Below, piece by piece: positions 56,576-64,000 of a stretch of DNA of 64,000 bases. The translations under genes and the position numbers were made by a program. The stretch is from an uncultured Gammaproteobacteria bacterium (GTDB taxonomy: Bacteria > Patescibacteriota > Patescibacteriia > VMEV01 > CAZAJQ01), in assembly GCA_964485795.1 (NCBI GenBank), contig CAZAJQ010000006.1, positions 9,716 through 73,715 of the forward strand, written 5' to 3'. Position 1 is the first letter of the stretch. Each line of letters opens with the position of its first letter. The notes below the pieces were generated by a model. It was not told the origin of the DNA and made no database searches. It saw nothing but the letters and a program-made list of their open reading frames with translations.

Positions 56576-58864
56576 TCAAGAATGGATAAAGCTCATGCGA
56601 GCCCCGACATTGATAAAATCCGAAATTGCTTCATACGTATTTTCATAAACGCCAAAACGATCATAAGCATATATGAACCCATTCATATCCATGATTCCGA
56701 AACTACCGAGGGAAATCTCTCCGAGCGGCGAAAAAATGAGACTGAGCGGCTTTTCATTGTGATCCGCGGAAAACTCGAGAAGTTTTTTACCGTTGAGCGT
56801 CATCACTTTGACATGTCTTGCCGCATCTTCGGACATGATCGCGATGGCATCCACGGTCACCAATTTCCCGGAAAGTTCCTTTTTTTCAAAACGAACCATT
56901 TGCGTTTGTACGCTCCCTTTTTTTCCATCGCTGTAGGCGAGAAAACTTGACATTGCGTTTCCTTTCCCGTCAAACACGGAAATCTTGGGACTTCCGGACA
57001 TGAGGGAAGCGACGATGCGAAGCTCACCTTCTTCGGATCCCGCCGATACGTTGACGCCAAAGCGATAGCTCTTCTCATAAGCCAAAAACTCAAGCTTCAG
57101 ATCGCCCTTGACGTCAAAAACTCGAATCAGGGGATCATGGGCTTTTCCCGGAGCGGTGATGATTTCCCCTACGCCGTCGCCGTCAATATCTCCAACGGCA
57201 ACCGACACGCCCCCGCGATAATCCTTTTCATAAGCGAAAAACTGTGAAATCACCTTGCCGTCTTGAGAAAAAACGCGAATATGCGGACCGCCTCCGTTCC
57301 CGGGTCCGACGATAATCTCATCCCCGACTTTTGCATTCACATCTCCGGTCGCCACATGCAATCCTCCTTCAAAGAGAAACGGATAGGCTTCAAAGGATGA
57401 CGTCGCTTCTCCAAGACGCGTATCATAGAGCACGACTTTTGACGCCGACTTCCCGTACGGGACCAAGGCAAGCATGGCTTCTTTTTGCGACGTCGGCGAT
57501 TGGTTCGTAGGCTGCTGAATCGGAGCGGTCAAAAAAGGAAAGGGAAATGCGTCAAACTTCAGATTTTGCGCAACACGTTTCACCGCCGGCACGGCGCCGA
57601 GAGCTTTTCTCACGTCCAGTCTCCCGCTGCCAAGGCCGTTTGGATACGAAACATTTTGCGTCAGATTGTCATATGAGTTTTTCAAAACCATGTCTTGCAT
57701 TTCATCAACGCTCAAACTCGGAGCCAAAGATTTGAGCAAAGCGAACGAAGCCGATACCAACGGCGCGGAAAACGATGTCCCCGACCAGCCGTCTCCGTAA
57801 AAATTGTTCAAACCGACACTGGGGTTAAAATACAAGGCGCTGTAAAAATTCGTTCCCGGTGCATTGATATCCACGCAATCATCGCCGTAATTGGAAAATT
57901 CGGCTCGATACCCATCTTCATCGACGGCCGCTACGCCGATGATATAATTCACCTCCTGCTTGCTGAGGCTGCATACCGGATATCCGGGCTGCGTATTGAG
58001 ATTTCTTCCGCCCGGAATATTCCCGGCCGCGGCCACGACGACAATGCCTTTTTCATGCGCCTTTCTCAGCAATTCATTAAAAAACTCACTTTCGCTGAAT
58101 CCGAAAAAACTCATGTTGATGACATCCGCTCCATTGTCTATGGCGTACTCAAACGCTTTCAGCACCGTGGCCGTATCACCGTATCCTTGAGCATCCAGCG
58201 CTCGAATACCCATGATACGGGTGCGAAACGCCAGTCCGGCAATGCCCTTTTGATTATGCGCCTGCGCGGCGATGATTCCGGCCACCGCCGTTCCATGACT
58301 GACGCCGATTTCCGAAAAATAACTTTCTTTTTTCACCTGCGGCGTGGGCGTCCCCTTTTCATCCACAAAATCATATCCGTAGACATCGTCGACAAAGCCG
58401 TTATTGTCATTGTCCATGCCATCGTCAGCGATTTCCCGAATATTTTTCCAAATGTTGTTTTTCAAATCCGGGTGGTCGATATACACGCCCGAATCAATGA
58501 CGGCCACCACCACATCGCGACTTCCCTGTGAAATATCCCAAGCTTCTTGGGCTCTTACCGTCTTGAGATACCATTGTTCGGACAGCGCCGGATCATTGGG
58601 CGTAAAAGCGATTTGGTAGGTTCCGTTCATTTCGATGCCGTCGATGGATTCCTCATTTTTCAAGTTTTCCAAAACCTGCTTTTGATCGCCTTCAATGGAA
58701 AGCTTGAGATATTGTTTATCTCCTTTCAAACGAAAAATATATTCGTGAATCGGCTTCGTCTCATCCGTCGAAACCTCAAAAGCCAAGGCGGGAAGCGAAA
58801 GGAAAGAAAGGATGAGCATGACACTCACCGATCGCGCAAACAAAAAGATTTGTTTTTTTTGCAT
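56576..58864 (-). CDS. secreted subtilisin-like serine protease (S8) with C-terminal FG-GAP/VCBS-like repeats
   Basis: Signal peptide. Catalytic triad context VVAVIDSGV (Asp), HGTAVAGIIAA (His), GTSFSAPLVSA (Ser). C-terminal repeats GDVNAKVGDEII and GDIDGDGVGEII. Confidence 0.85.
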   Translation of the reverse strand: MQKKQIFLFARSVSVMLILSFLSLPALAFEVSTDETKPIHEYIFRLKGDKQYLKLSIEGDQKQVLENLKNEESIDGIEMNGTYQIAFTPNDPALSEQWYLKTVRAQEAWDISQGSRDVVVAVIDSGVYIDHPDLKNNIWKNIREIADDGMDNDNNGFVDDVYGYDFVDEKGTPTPQVKKESYFSEIGVSHGTAVAGIIAAQAHNQKGIAGLAFRTRIMGIRALDAQGYGDTATVLKAFEYAIDNGADVINMSFFGFSESEFFNELLRKAHEKGIVVVAAAGNIPGGRNLNTQPGYPVCSLSKQEVNYIIGVAAVDEDGYRAEFSNYGDDCVDINAPGTNFYSALYFNPSVGLNNFYGDGWSGTSFSAPLVSASFALLKSLAPSLSVDEMQDMVLKNSYDNLTQNVSYPNGLGSGRLDVRKALGAVPAVKRVAQNLKFDAFPFPFLTAPIQQPTNQSPTSQKEAMLALVPYGKSASKVVLYDTRLGEATSSFEAYPFLFEGGLHVATGDVNAKVGDEIIVGPGNGGGPHIRVFSQDGKVISQFFAYEKDYRGGVSVAVGDIDGDGVGEIITAPGKAHDPLIRVFDVKGDLKLEFLAYEKSYRFGVNVSAGSEEGELRIVASLMSGSPKISVFDGKGNAMSSFLAYSDGKKGSVQTQMVRFEKKELSGKLVTVDAIAIMSEDAARHVKVMTLNGKKLLEFSADHNEKPLSLIFSPLGEISLGSFGIMDMNGFIYAYDRFGVYENTYEAISDFINVGARMSFIHS

Positions 58865-58954
58865 GAATTTTTTTAACGGTCATTATGAATATGACAATAT
58901 GACACACCGTAACTATAACGATTTTTTTTCCGAGACACAATAAATGGATTTGGA

Positions 58955-60199
58955 TTATTTCGCGATTCCCGGCTGCTTTTTCATGGCCGTGATGATGCGC
59001 TCAACGGCCATCACAAACGCGGCCTTTCGCATATCCAGTTTCTTTTTTTTCTGAAAAAGGTTCCAGAGCGCGTCCGTGGCATCCGTCATCTTTTTTTGCA
59101 ACGCTTCAAAAACTTTTTCCTTGGTCCAATGTTCTGCGTGTTTATTTTGATACCATTCAAAATAGCTCACGGTCACGCCGCCGGCATTGGCCAATACATC
59201 CGGAATAACCGGAATATTTCGAGAAAAAAGGATTTTGTCCGCTTCAGGAGTCGTGGGGCCATTGGCGAGCTCCAAGATGACTTTTGCCTTTATATCAGCG
59301 GCGTTTTTTCCCATAATTTGATTTTCCAATGCCGCAGGAATGAGGATATCCGTATCCAAAGTCAGCAATGAATCCATCGGAATCTGCCGCACATTCGCTA
59401 TGCCCGCAAGTGTTCCGGTCTTTTTTTTGTGCTCCATGACTTCTGGTATGGGAAGACCGGATTCATGGTATATGGCGTTGCGAGAATCATTGACGGCGAT
59501 CACTCTGAAACCCGATGCGTGGCATAGATCGGCCATAACGCTTCCGGCATTGCCAAATCCCTGTATCACCACGCGCAGCCCTGCCGATGACATTCCCAAT
59601 TTCACCAAAATATTTTGCAGTGCGTACATGCCTCCCTGCGCCGTGGCCGTATCCCGTCCTTGACTTCCTCCTTTTGAAACCGGTTTGCCGGTAATCACGG
59701 CCGGGTCATAGACTCCCTTCAGCCGACCGTATTCATCGGCGATCCACTCCATGATCTGCGCATTGGTATATACGTCGGGAGCGGGCACATCGATATCCGA
59801 TCCGATGTCATTCGCAAGAGCGCGTCCATAGGCTCGGGAAAGCCGCTCGGTTTCCATTGGCGACAAATGCTTGGGATCCACGGTAACGCCTCCTTTCCCT
59901 CCACCAAAGGGAATATCCACCACGCTGCATTTGATGGCCATCCACAACGCCAAGGCCTTTACCTCGTCAAGGTCGGTATCGGGATGAAAACGTATCCCTC
60001 CTTTATACGGCCCGCGGGCATTGTTGTACTGCACGCGGTATCCATGAAAAATTTTCAAGGTTCCATCGTCCATGCGAACCGGAAAATTCATGTCAATGAT
60101 TTTTTGCGGAGACGAAAGCAAGGCGAGTGTCTCGGCGTCTTCGCGAAAAAATTTTGAAACGTTTTTGAGCTGTTTCAAAGCGTTTTTGTAAGCATTCAT
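58955..60199 (-). CDS. gdh: Glu/Leu/Phe/Val-family glutamate dehydrogenase
   Basis: KGGIRFHPDTDLDEVKALALWMAIKCSVVDIPFGGGKGGV GDH signature and the Rossmann motif GFGNAGS. Confidence 0.9.
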   Translation of the reverse strand: MNAYKNALKQLKNVSKFFREDAETLALLSSPQKIIDMNFPVRMDDGTLKIFHGYRVQYNNARGPYKGGIRFHPDTDLDEVKALALWMAIKCSVVDIPFGGGKGGVTVDPKHLSPMETERLSRAYGRALANDIGSDIDVPAPDVYTNAQIMEWIADEYGRLKGVYDPAVITGKPVSKGGSQGRDTATAQGGMYALQNILVKLGMSSAGLRVVIQGFGNAGSVMADLCHASGFRVIAVNDSRNAIYHESGLPIPEVMEHKKKTGTLAGIANVRQIPMDSLLTLDTDILIPAALENQIMGKNAADIKAKVILELANGPTTPEADKILFSRNIPVIPDVLANAGGVTVSYFEWYQNKHAEHWTKEKVFEALQKKMTDATDALWNLFQKKKKLDMRKAAFVMAVERIITAMKKQPGIAK

Positions 60200-60314
60200 A
60201 AAAAAAAATTAGCATCGTTCAATGGCCGTAACCTTAAAAAACAAAAAAACATCCAGCGAGTTGACGAGAAGCGTATGGTCGTATGATATTTTAAAATACC
60301 TCAAAATCCAAGAT

Positions 60315-61643
60315 TCACTTTTTCCCATATCCCAAATCTTTCAAAGCTTTTCTCGCTTCCTCGCGGTCATCCCAGTGAACCTTTTTTTCCTTCACATACA
60401 TCGAAGTTTGATGCCCCATGCTGCAGAGAAGCACCACATCACCGGGTCGAGCGCGTTGAAACGCTTGCCTGATGGCGGCCGCGCGATCAATGACCACCTC
60501 ATACTCTTCCCCTTTTTTTCCGCCCGCTTCTTGCAGCCCCACTTCGATGTCGGACGCGATTTTCTCCGGATCTTCAAATCGAGGATCTTCGGTGGTGAGT
60601 ATCGAAAAATCCACCATTTCTCCCGCGACTTTTCCCATCAAAGGTCGACGGGATACGTCTCTTCCCCCGGTCGCTCCGTACACGGCAATAATGTTTCCCT
60701 TGGGACTCATCATTCGTGCCGTCCTGAATAATTCATGGAATCCCCAAGGCGTATGGGCATAATCCACGATGACGGAAAAAGGCTGCTCCATGTCTATGAT
60801 TTCCATGCGGCCGGGAATATGCGTGACGGACGCAATCCCATCGAAAATCATGGAAAAAGAGATATTCTGCGATGCGGCGCAAGCGATGGCCACCAAAGTA
60901 TTGGGAACTTGAAAGAGAGCGGGAATGGAAACCTTGACTTGCCCCTTGGAAGCATGGTGCTGCACGAGCGTATAGGTGAGCACTTGCCCTGAAAGCGCAA
61001 TATCCTTGGCGATGAAATCAGCCTCGGGATGAAGGCCATAGGAATAGCGAATATCGGCTTCAAATGAAGAAAAATATTCGTAATGGTCATCGTCTCGATT
61101 CACGATGCTGACTTTGGGAACGCCTTTTTTCCGAAAACTCGTTTTCAACATGCGAAACAATTTTCCTTTGGCGTCTCGATATTTTTCCATCGATCCGTGC
61201 AAATCGAGATGCTCATGGGTGAGATTTGTCATGGCCACCACGTCAAAATCAATTCCCCAAACGCGCCACTGAGAAATCGCCCACGAGGTCACTTCAATGA
61301 TCACTATTTTACAGCCTTCTTTGCGGCATTGAGAGAGAAATTCACGCAGGATCCACTTCCCAGGGGTGGAGTTGTCCGAGACGTTTTTCCATTCTTTCTC
61401 CCCGATTTTAAATTTCAAACCATTGACCAGTCCGACCTTGAATCCGGCTTTTTCAAAAATGGCGGCCGTAAAAACGGTGGAGCTCGTTTTCCCGTCCGTA
61501 CCCGTAATGCCGATCACGGTCATGTCACGCGAAGGAAAACCGTATCGAATCGTGCCGGCAAACGCCCATATCCAGTGATAGCATGAGAAAAAATATGGCG
61601 GAATGATGTTGCGCAAAGATGGATTCATATCAGACGATATCAT
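60315..61643 (-). CDS. murE: UDP-N-acetylmuramoyl-tripeptide synthetase (MurE-type Mur ligase) with a short N-terminal domain
   Basis: Intact P-loop IGITGTDGKTSST. MurE motifs VDYAHTP, GATGGRDVSRRPLMG and TTEDPRFEDPEKIASDI. The start overlaps the gpmI 3' end by 14 nt. Confidence 0.8.
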   Translation of the reverse strand: MISSDMNPSLRNIIPPYFFSCYHWIWAFAGTIRYGFPSRDMTVIGITGTDGKTSSTVFTAAIFEKAGFKVGLVNGLKFKIGEKEWKNVSDNSTPGKWILREFLSQCRKEGCKIVIIEVTSWAISQWRVWGIDFDVVAMTNLTHEHLDLHGSMEKYRDAKGKLFRMLKTSFRKKGVPKVSIVNRDDDHYEYFSSFEADIRYSYGLHPEADFIAKDIALSGQVLTYTLVQHHASKGQVKVSIPALFQVPNTLVAIACAASQNISFSMIFDGIASVTHIPGRMEIIDMEQPFSVIVDYAHTPWGFHELFRTARMMSPKGNIIAVYGATGGRDVSRRPLMGKVAGEMVDFSILTTEDPRFEDPEKIASDIEVGLQEAGGKKGEEYEVVIDRAAAIRQAFQRARPGDVVLLCSMGHQTSMYVKEKKVHWDDREEARKALKDLGYGKK

Positions 61644-63222
61644 GCAGAAAACTTCGTCCCGACATATACGATCCCGGTTTCACGTCCATGAGCTCAAGCA
61701 CGGTGGGCGCAATATCGGCGATAAGGCCTATGGGAGACATTTCCATGATGATGGCATCCACTTCTTCTTTTGATTTTTCACGTCGAAATTCTTCGCCGCA
61801 GAGAATGAAAGGCACGGGATTGGTCGTATGCTCCTTATGAGGCCTTCCGGATACCGGGTCGATCATCACTTCGGCATTGCCATGATCCGCGCATACCACG
61901 AGAATGCCATTCACATCATCAACAGCCTTTTTGATCTTTCCCAGCGCAATATCACAGGCTTCCACCGCTTTGATCGTGGCTTCCAGATTCCCCGTATGTC
62001 CCACCATGTCGGGGTTTGGAAAATTAATCAAGGTATAGACGTATTTTCTGGAAGAAATGGCTTTCACGACTTTATCGGTGATGGGAACCGAGCTCATCTC
62101 GGGCTGCATATCATACGTCGCAACGGCCGGAGAGGGAATGATCTTACGATCTTCTTTTTGAAAAGGATCTTCCGCGCCTCCATTGAAAAAAAAGGTCACA
62201 TGAGCGTATTTCTCGGTTTCTGAAATGCGAAATTGCGGACGATTCAGCTCCGCGACAATACGGCCAAAGGGATATTCGATCGTTTCTTCGGGAAAAGCAA
62301 GAGCCGATACCGGCAAACCGGCCTCATACTGCATCATGGTCACCGTATGAATGTCTTTGACCACCACTTCTCGGCTGAAATCGGAAAAATCGGGTACGAC
62401 AAACGCTTTGGCGATTTGCCTCATGCGATCCGGTCTGAAATTGAAAAAAATGATCACATCATGGTCTTTGACGGTATGCACCCCATCATGGTGCTCAACG
62501 ATGAGCGGCGGCATATTTTCATCATCAAACTTTTCTTCGTATTTTTGTTTCATGGTTTTGAGAGGGTCTTGTGTTTTCTCCCCTTTTCCCGAAGCGATGA
62601 GGTCATAGGCTTTTTGCGTGCGCTCCCATGTATTGTTGCGATCCATGCCATAATAACGACCGATGACACTGGCCAATTTCCCGGTTTTGGAAGATTTCAT
62701 GACCTCCATGAGGGTCGCGATAAAATTCACGCCGGCCTTGGGGTTCGTGTCGCGACCATCGGTGAAGGCATGGACAAAGACATTGTCTTTGGACTTGTTT
62801 TGCTGAAAAAAATGCAAAAGCGCGTCAAGATGTTCGATATGACTGTGCACTCCACCATTGCTCACCAAACCGATGATATGAATATTGGACTTGTGCTTTT
62901 GGCTATACGCCAATGCATCCAAAAATGCTTTATTGCGAAAAAATGTCTTGTCTTCTACAGCCATGGAAATGCGGGGAAGCTTTTGATACTGCACCAAACC
63001 CGATCCCAGATTGGTATGTCCGACTTCGGAATTGCCCACCTCACCCCATGGCAACCCCACGGCAATGCCCGAGGCATCCAGCGCCGTGAACGGATACTGC
63101 ATCATGAGTCCGTCAATGATGGGCTTTTTCGCGAGAGCCACGGCGTTTCCCTCCACAACCGGGTTTAACCCAAACCCGTCCAATATAACCTGTACTACGA
63201 TTCGATCTTTCATAAAATGCAA
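61630..63222 (-). CDS. gpmI: 2,3-bisphosphoglycerate-independent phosphoglycerate mutase
   Basis: N-terminal VILDGFGLN...ALDASG...VGLPWGEVGNSEVGHTNLGSG and C-terminal DHGNAE metal-site motifs. Confidence 0.9.
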   Translation of the reverse strand: MHFMKDRIVVQVILDGFGLNPVVEGNAVALAKKPIIDGLMMQYPFTALDASGIAVGLPWGEVGNSEVGHTNLGSGLVQYQKLPRISMAVEDKTFFRNKAFLDALAYSQKHKSNIHIIGLVSNGGVHSHIEHLDALLHFFQQNKSKDNVFVHAFTDGRDTNPKAGVNFIATLMEVMKSSKTGKLASVIGRYYGMDRNNTWERTQKAYDLIASGKGEKTQDPLKTMKQKYEEKFDDENMPPLIVEHHDGVHTVKDHDVIIFFNFRPDRMRQIAKAFVVPDFSDFSREVVVKDIHTVTMMQYEAGLPVSALAFPEETIEYPFGRIVAELNRPQFRISETEKYAHVTFFFNGGAEDPFQKEDRKIIPSPAVATYDMQPEMSSVPITDKVVKAISSRKYVYTLINFPNPDMVGHTGNLEATIKAVEACDIALGKIKKAVDDVNGILVVCADHGNAEVMIDPVSGRPHKEHTTNPVPFILCGEEFRREKSKEEVDAIIMEMSPIGLIADIAPTVLELMDVKPGSYMSGRSFLHDIV

Positions 63223-63237
63223 AAATAAGAAAAGAAT

Positions 63238-63867
63238 TCAAGCACGTTCGGCCTCTTTGACGGACACCTTTCCTTGACGCAATATTTCCCACGACGAGCC
63301 CCGACGCCTTACCACGGTGGAAGGAACCCGCCCCGATACTTTCCCGCCGTCAATGAGGATATCGGGTGCGTCTTTCTTTCCCCGGAAAAAATCCTCGATG
63401 ATTTGCGGGTCATTCATGGACGTTTGCCCCGAAATATTCACCGAAGTGCTTACGAGCGGCGCTGCGAGATCGGCTGCCAAACGCCTTACGAAAGGATCAT
63501 CGGGTATTCGTATGCCGACCGTATCGGAATTTCCGGAGAGTTGCATCGGAATACGCGCGGTTTTGGGTAAAACAAAAGTGACGGCACCCGGCCAATACTT
63601 CGCAAACATACCTTTATCAAGGTCATCTATTATAGCATACGTTTCCACTTCATTCACATCGCTTGCGATGATCGAAAGCGCCTTTTCCGCATCCCTTTTT
63701 TTGATGCGAAAAATCTTTTGTATGGCATCCATCCTTCGAATATCGGCGCCAAGTCCATAAACGGTATCCGTAGGGTAGACGATCACGCCTCCGTTTCGAA
63801 GCGCGGAGATCAATCCACGATATTGGGCTTCCGAAAGTCGATGATTTTTCAGACGAATGATATTCAT
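63238..63867 (-). CDS. tsaC: L-threonylcarbamoyladenylate synthase (YrdC/TsaC family)
   Basis: VIVYPTDTVYGLGADI is the YrdC signature. Confidence 0.85.
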   Translation of the reverse strand: MNIIRLKNHRLSEAQYRGLISALRNGGVIVYPTDTVYGLGADIRRMDAIQKIFRIKKRDAEKALSIIASDVNEVETYAIIDDLDKGMFAKYWPGAVTFVLPKTARIPMQLSGNSDTVGIRIPDDPFVRRLAADLAAPLVSTSVNISGQTSMNDPQIIEDFFRGKKDAPDILIDGGKVSGRVPSTVVRRRGSSWEILRQGKVSVKEAERA

Positions 63868-64000
63868 ATTTTCAATAATTCCGGCTGAGGATAATGATTC
63901 TTCACGATAAAAAAATATTTCACCACTTCAATCAACAACACCTGAAACACTCCGATCCCGATCGGTACCGCCCAATGGTACGACGGCAAGGGGACGGTAT
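63864..64000 (-). CDS. 3' end of an upstream minus-strand gene (hydrophobic C-terminus), partial
   Basis: Open frame ...WAVPIGIGVFQVLLIEVVKYFFIVKNHYPQPELLKI that ends in a TGA overlapping the tsaC ATG (ATGA). Confidence 0.3.
   Translation of the reverse strand, partial: TVPLPSYHWAVPIGIGVFQVLLIEVVKYFFIVKNHYPQPELLKI

Noticed and set aside
57695-58531. 278-aa plus-strand ORF
   Set aside because: It is antisense to the S8 protease gene.
62233-63168. 311-aa plus-strand ORF
   Set aside because: It is antisense to gpmI, which is unambiguously identified.

Overview
Gene-dense bacterial chromosomal segment of about 46% GC, about 90% coding, with most genes on the minus strand. The content suggests a reduced-genome Candidate Phyla Radiation (CPR) / Patescibacteria-like organism. 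Recognisable housekeeping blocks: a partial prs plus a phosphoribosyltransferase; dnaX; the complete F-type ATP synthase operon (atpZ-like, B, E, F, H, A, G, D, C) driven by a canonical TTGACC-17-TATAAT promoter; the heat-shock operon hrcA, translin-like gene, grpE, dnaK, dnaJ with a degenerate CIRCE; a dcw-like block mraZ, rsmH, ftsL-like, ftsI, murF-like with MraZ boxes; rplJ-rplL; pyrH; mltG; manC; ribH, ribE and a riboflavin kinase; gdh; murE; gpmI; tsaC. Two surface-glycan clusters are present: a GT2/RmlA-like cluster at 7.6-12.9 kb, and a cluster at 46.6-56.6 kb with a GT-C transferase, a CDP-alcohol phosphatidyltransferase, two GT4s, a DUF2304 protein, a DPM1-like GT2 and a UDP-xylose synthase. 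Three tRNAs are present: Arg-CCG, Gln-CUG and Glu-CUC. No rRNA, CRISPR array or transposase gene was seen. Most notable: (1) two families of miniature inverted-repeat (MITE-like) elements in intergenic sites of essential operons. A 121-bp family has two copies with 5-bp target-site duplications, in atpD/atpG and rplL/rplJ. A roughly 102-bp family has three copies, in atpH/atpF and on both sides of ftsI. (2) A 765-aa protein lying between tRNA-Arg and tRNA-Gln whose C-terminus is a complete RelE/ParE-fold module. (3) An orphan TrwB/VirD4-like coupling ATPase with a 440-aa N-terminal extension. (4) A MurF homolog whose P-loop lysine is replaced by glutamate. (5) A translin-family gene embedded in the hrcA-dnaK operon.
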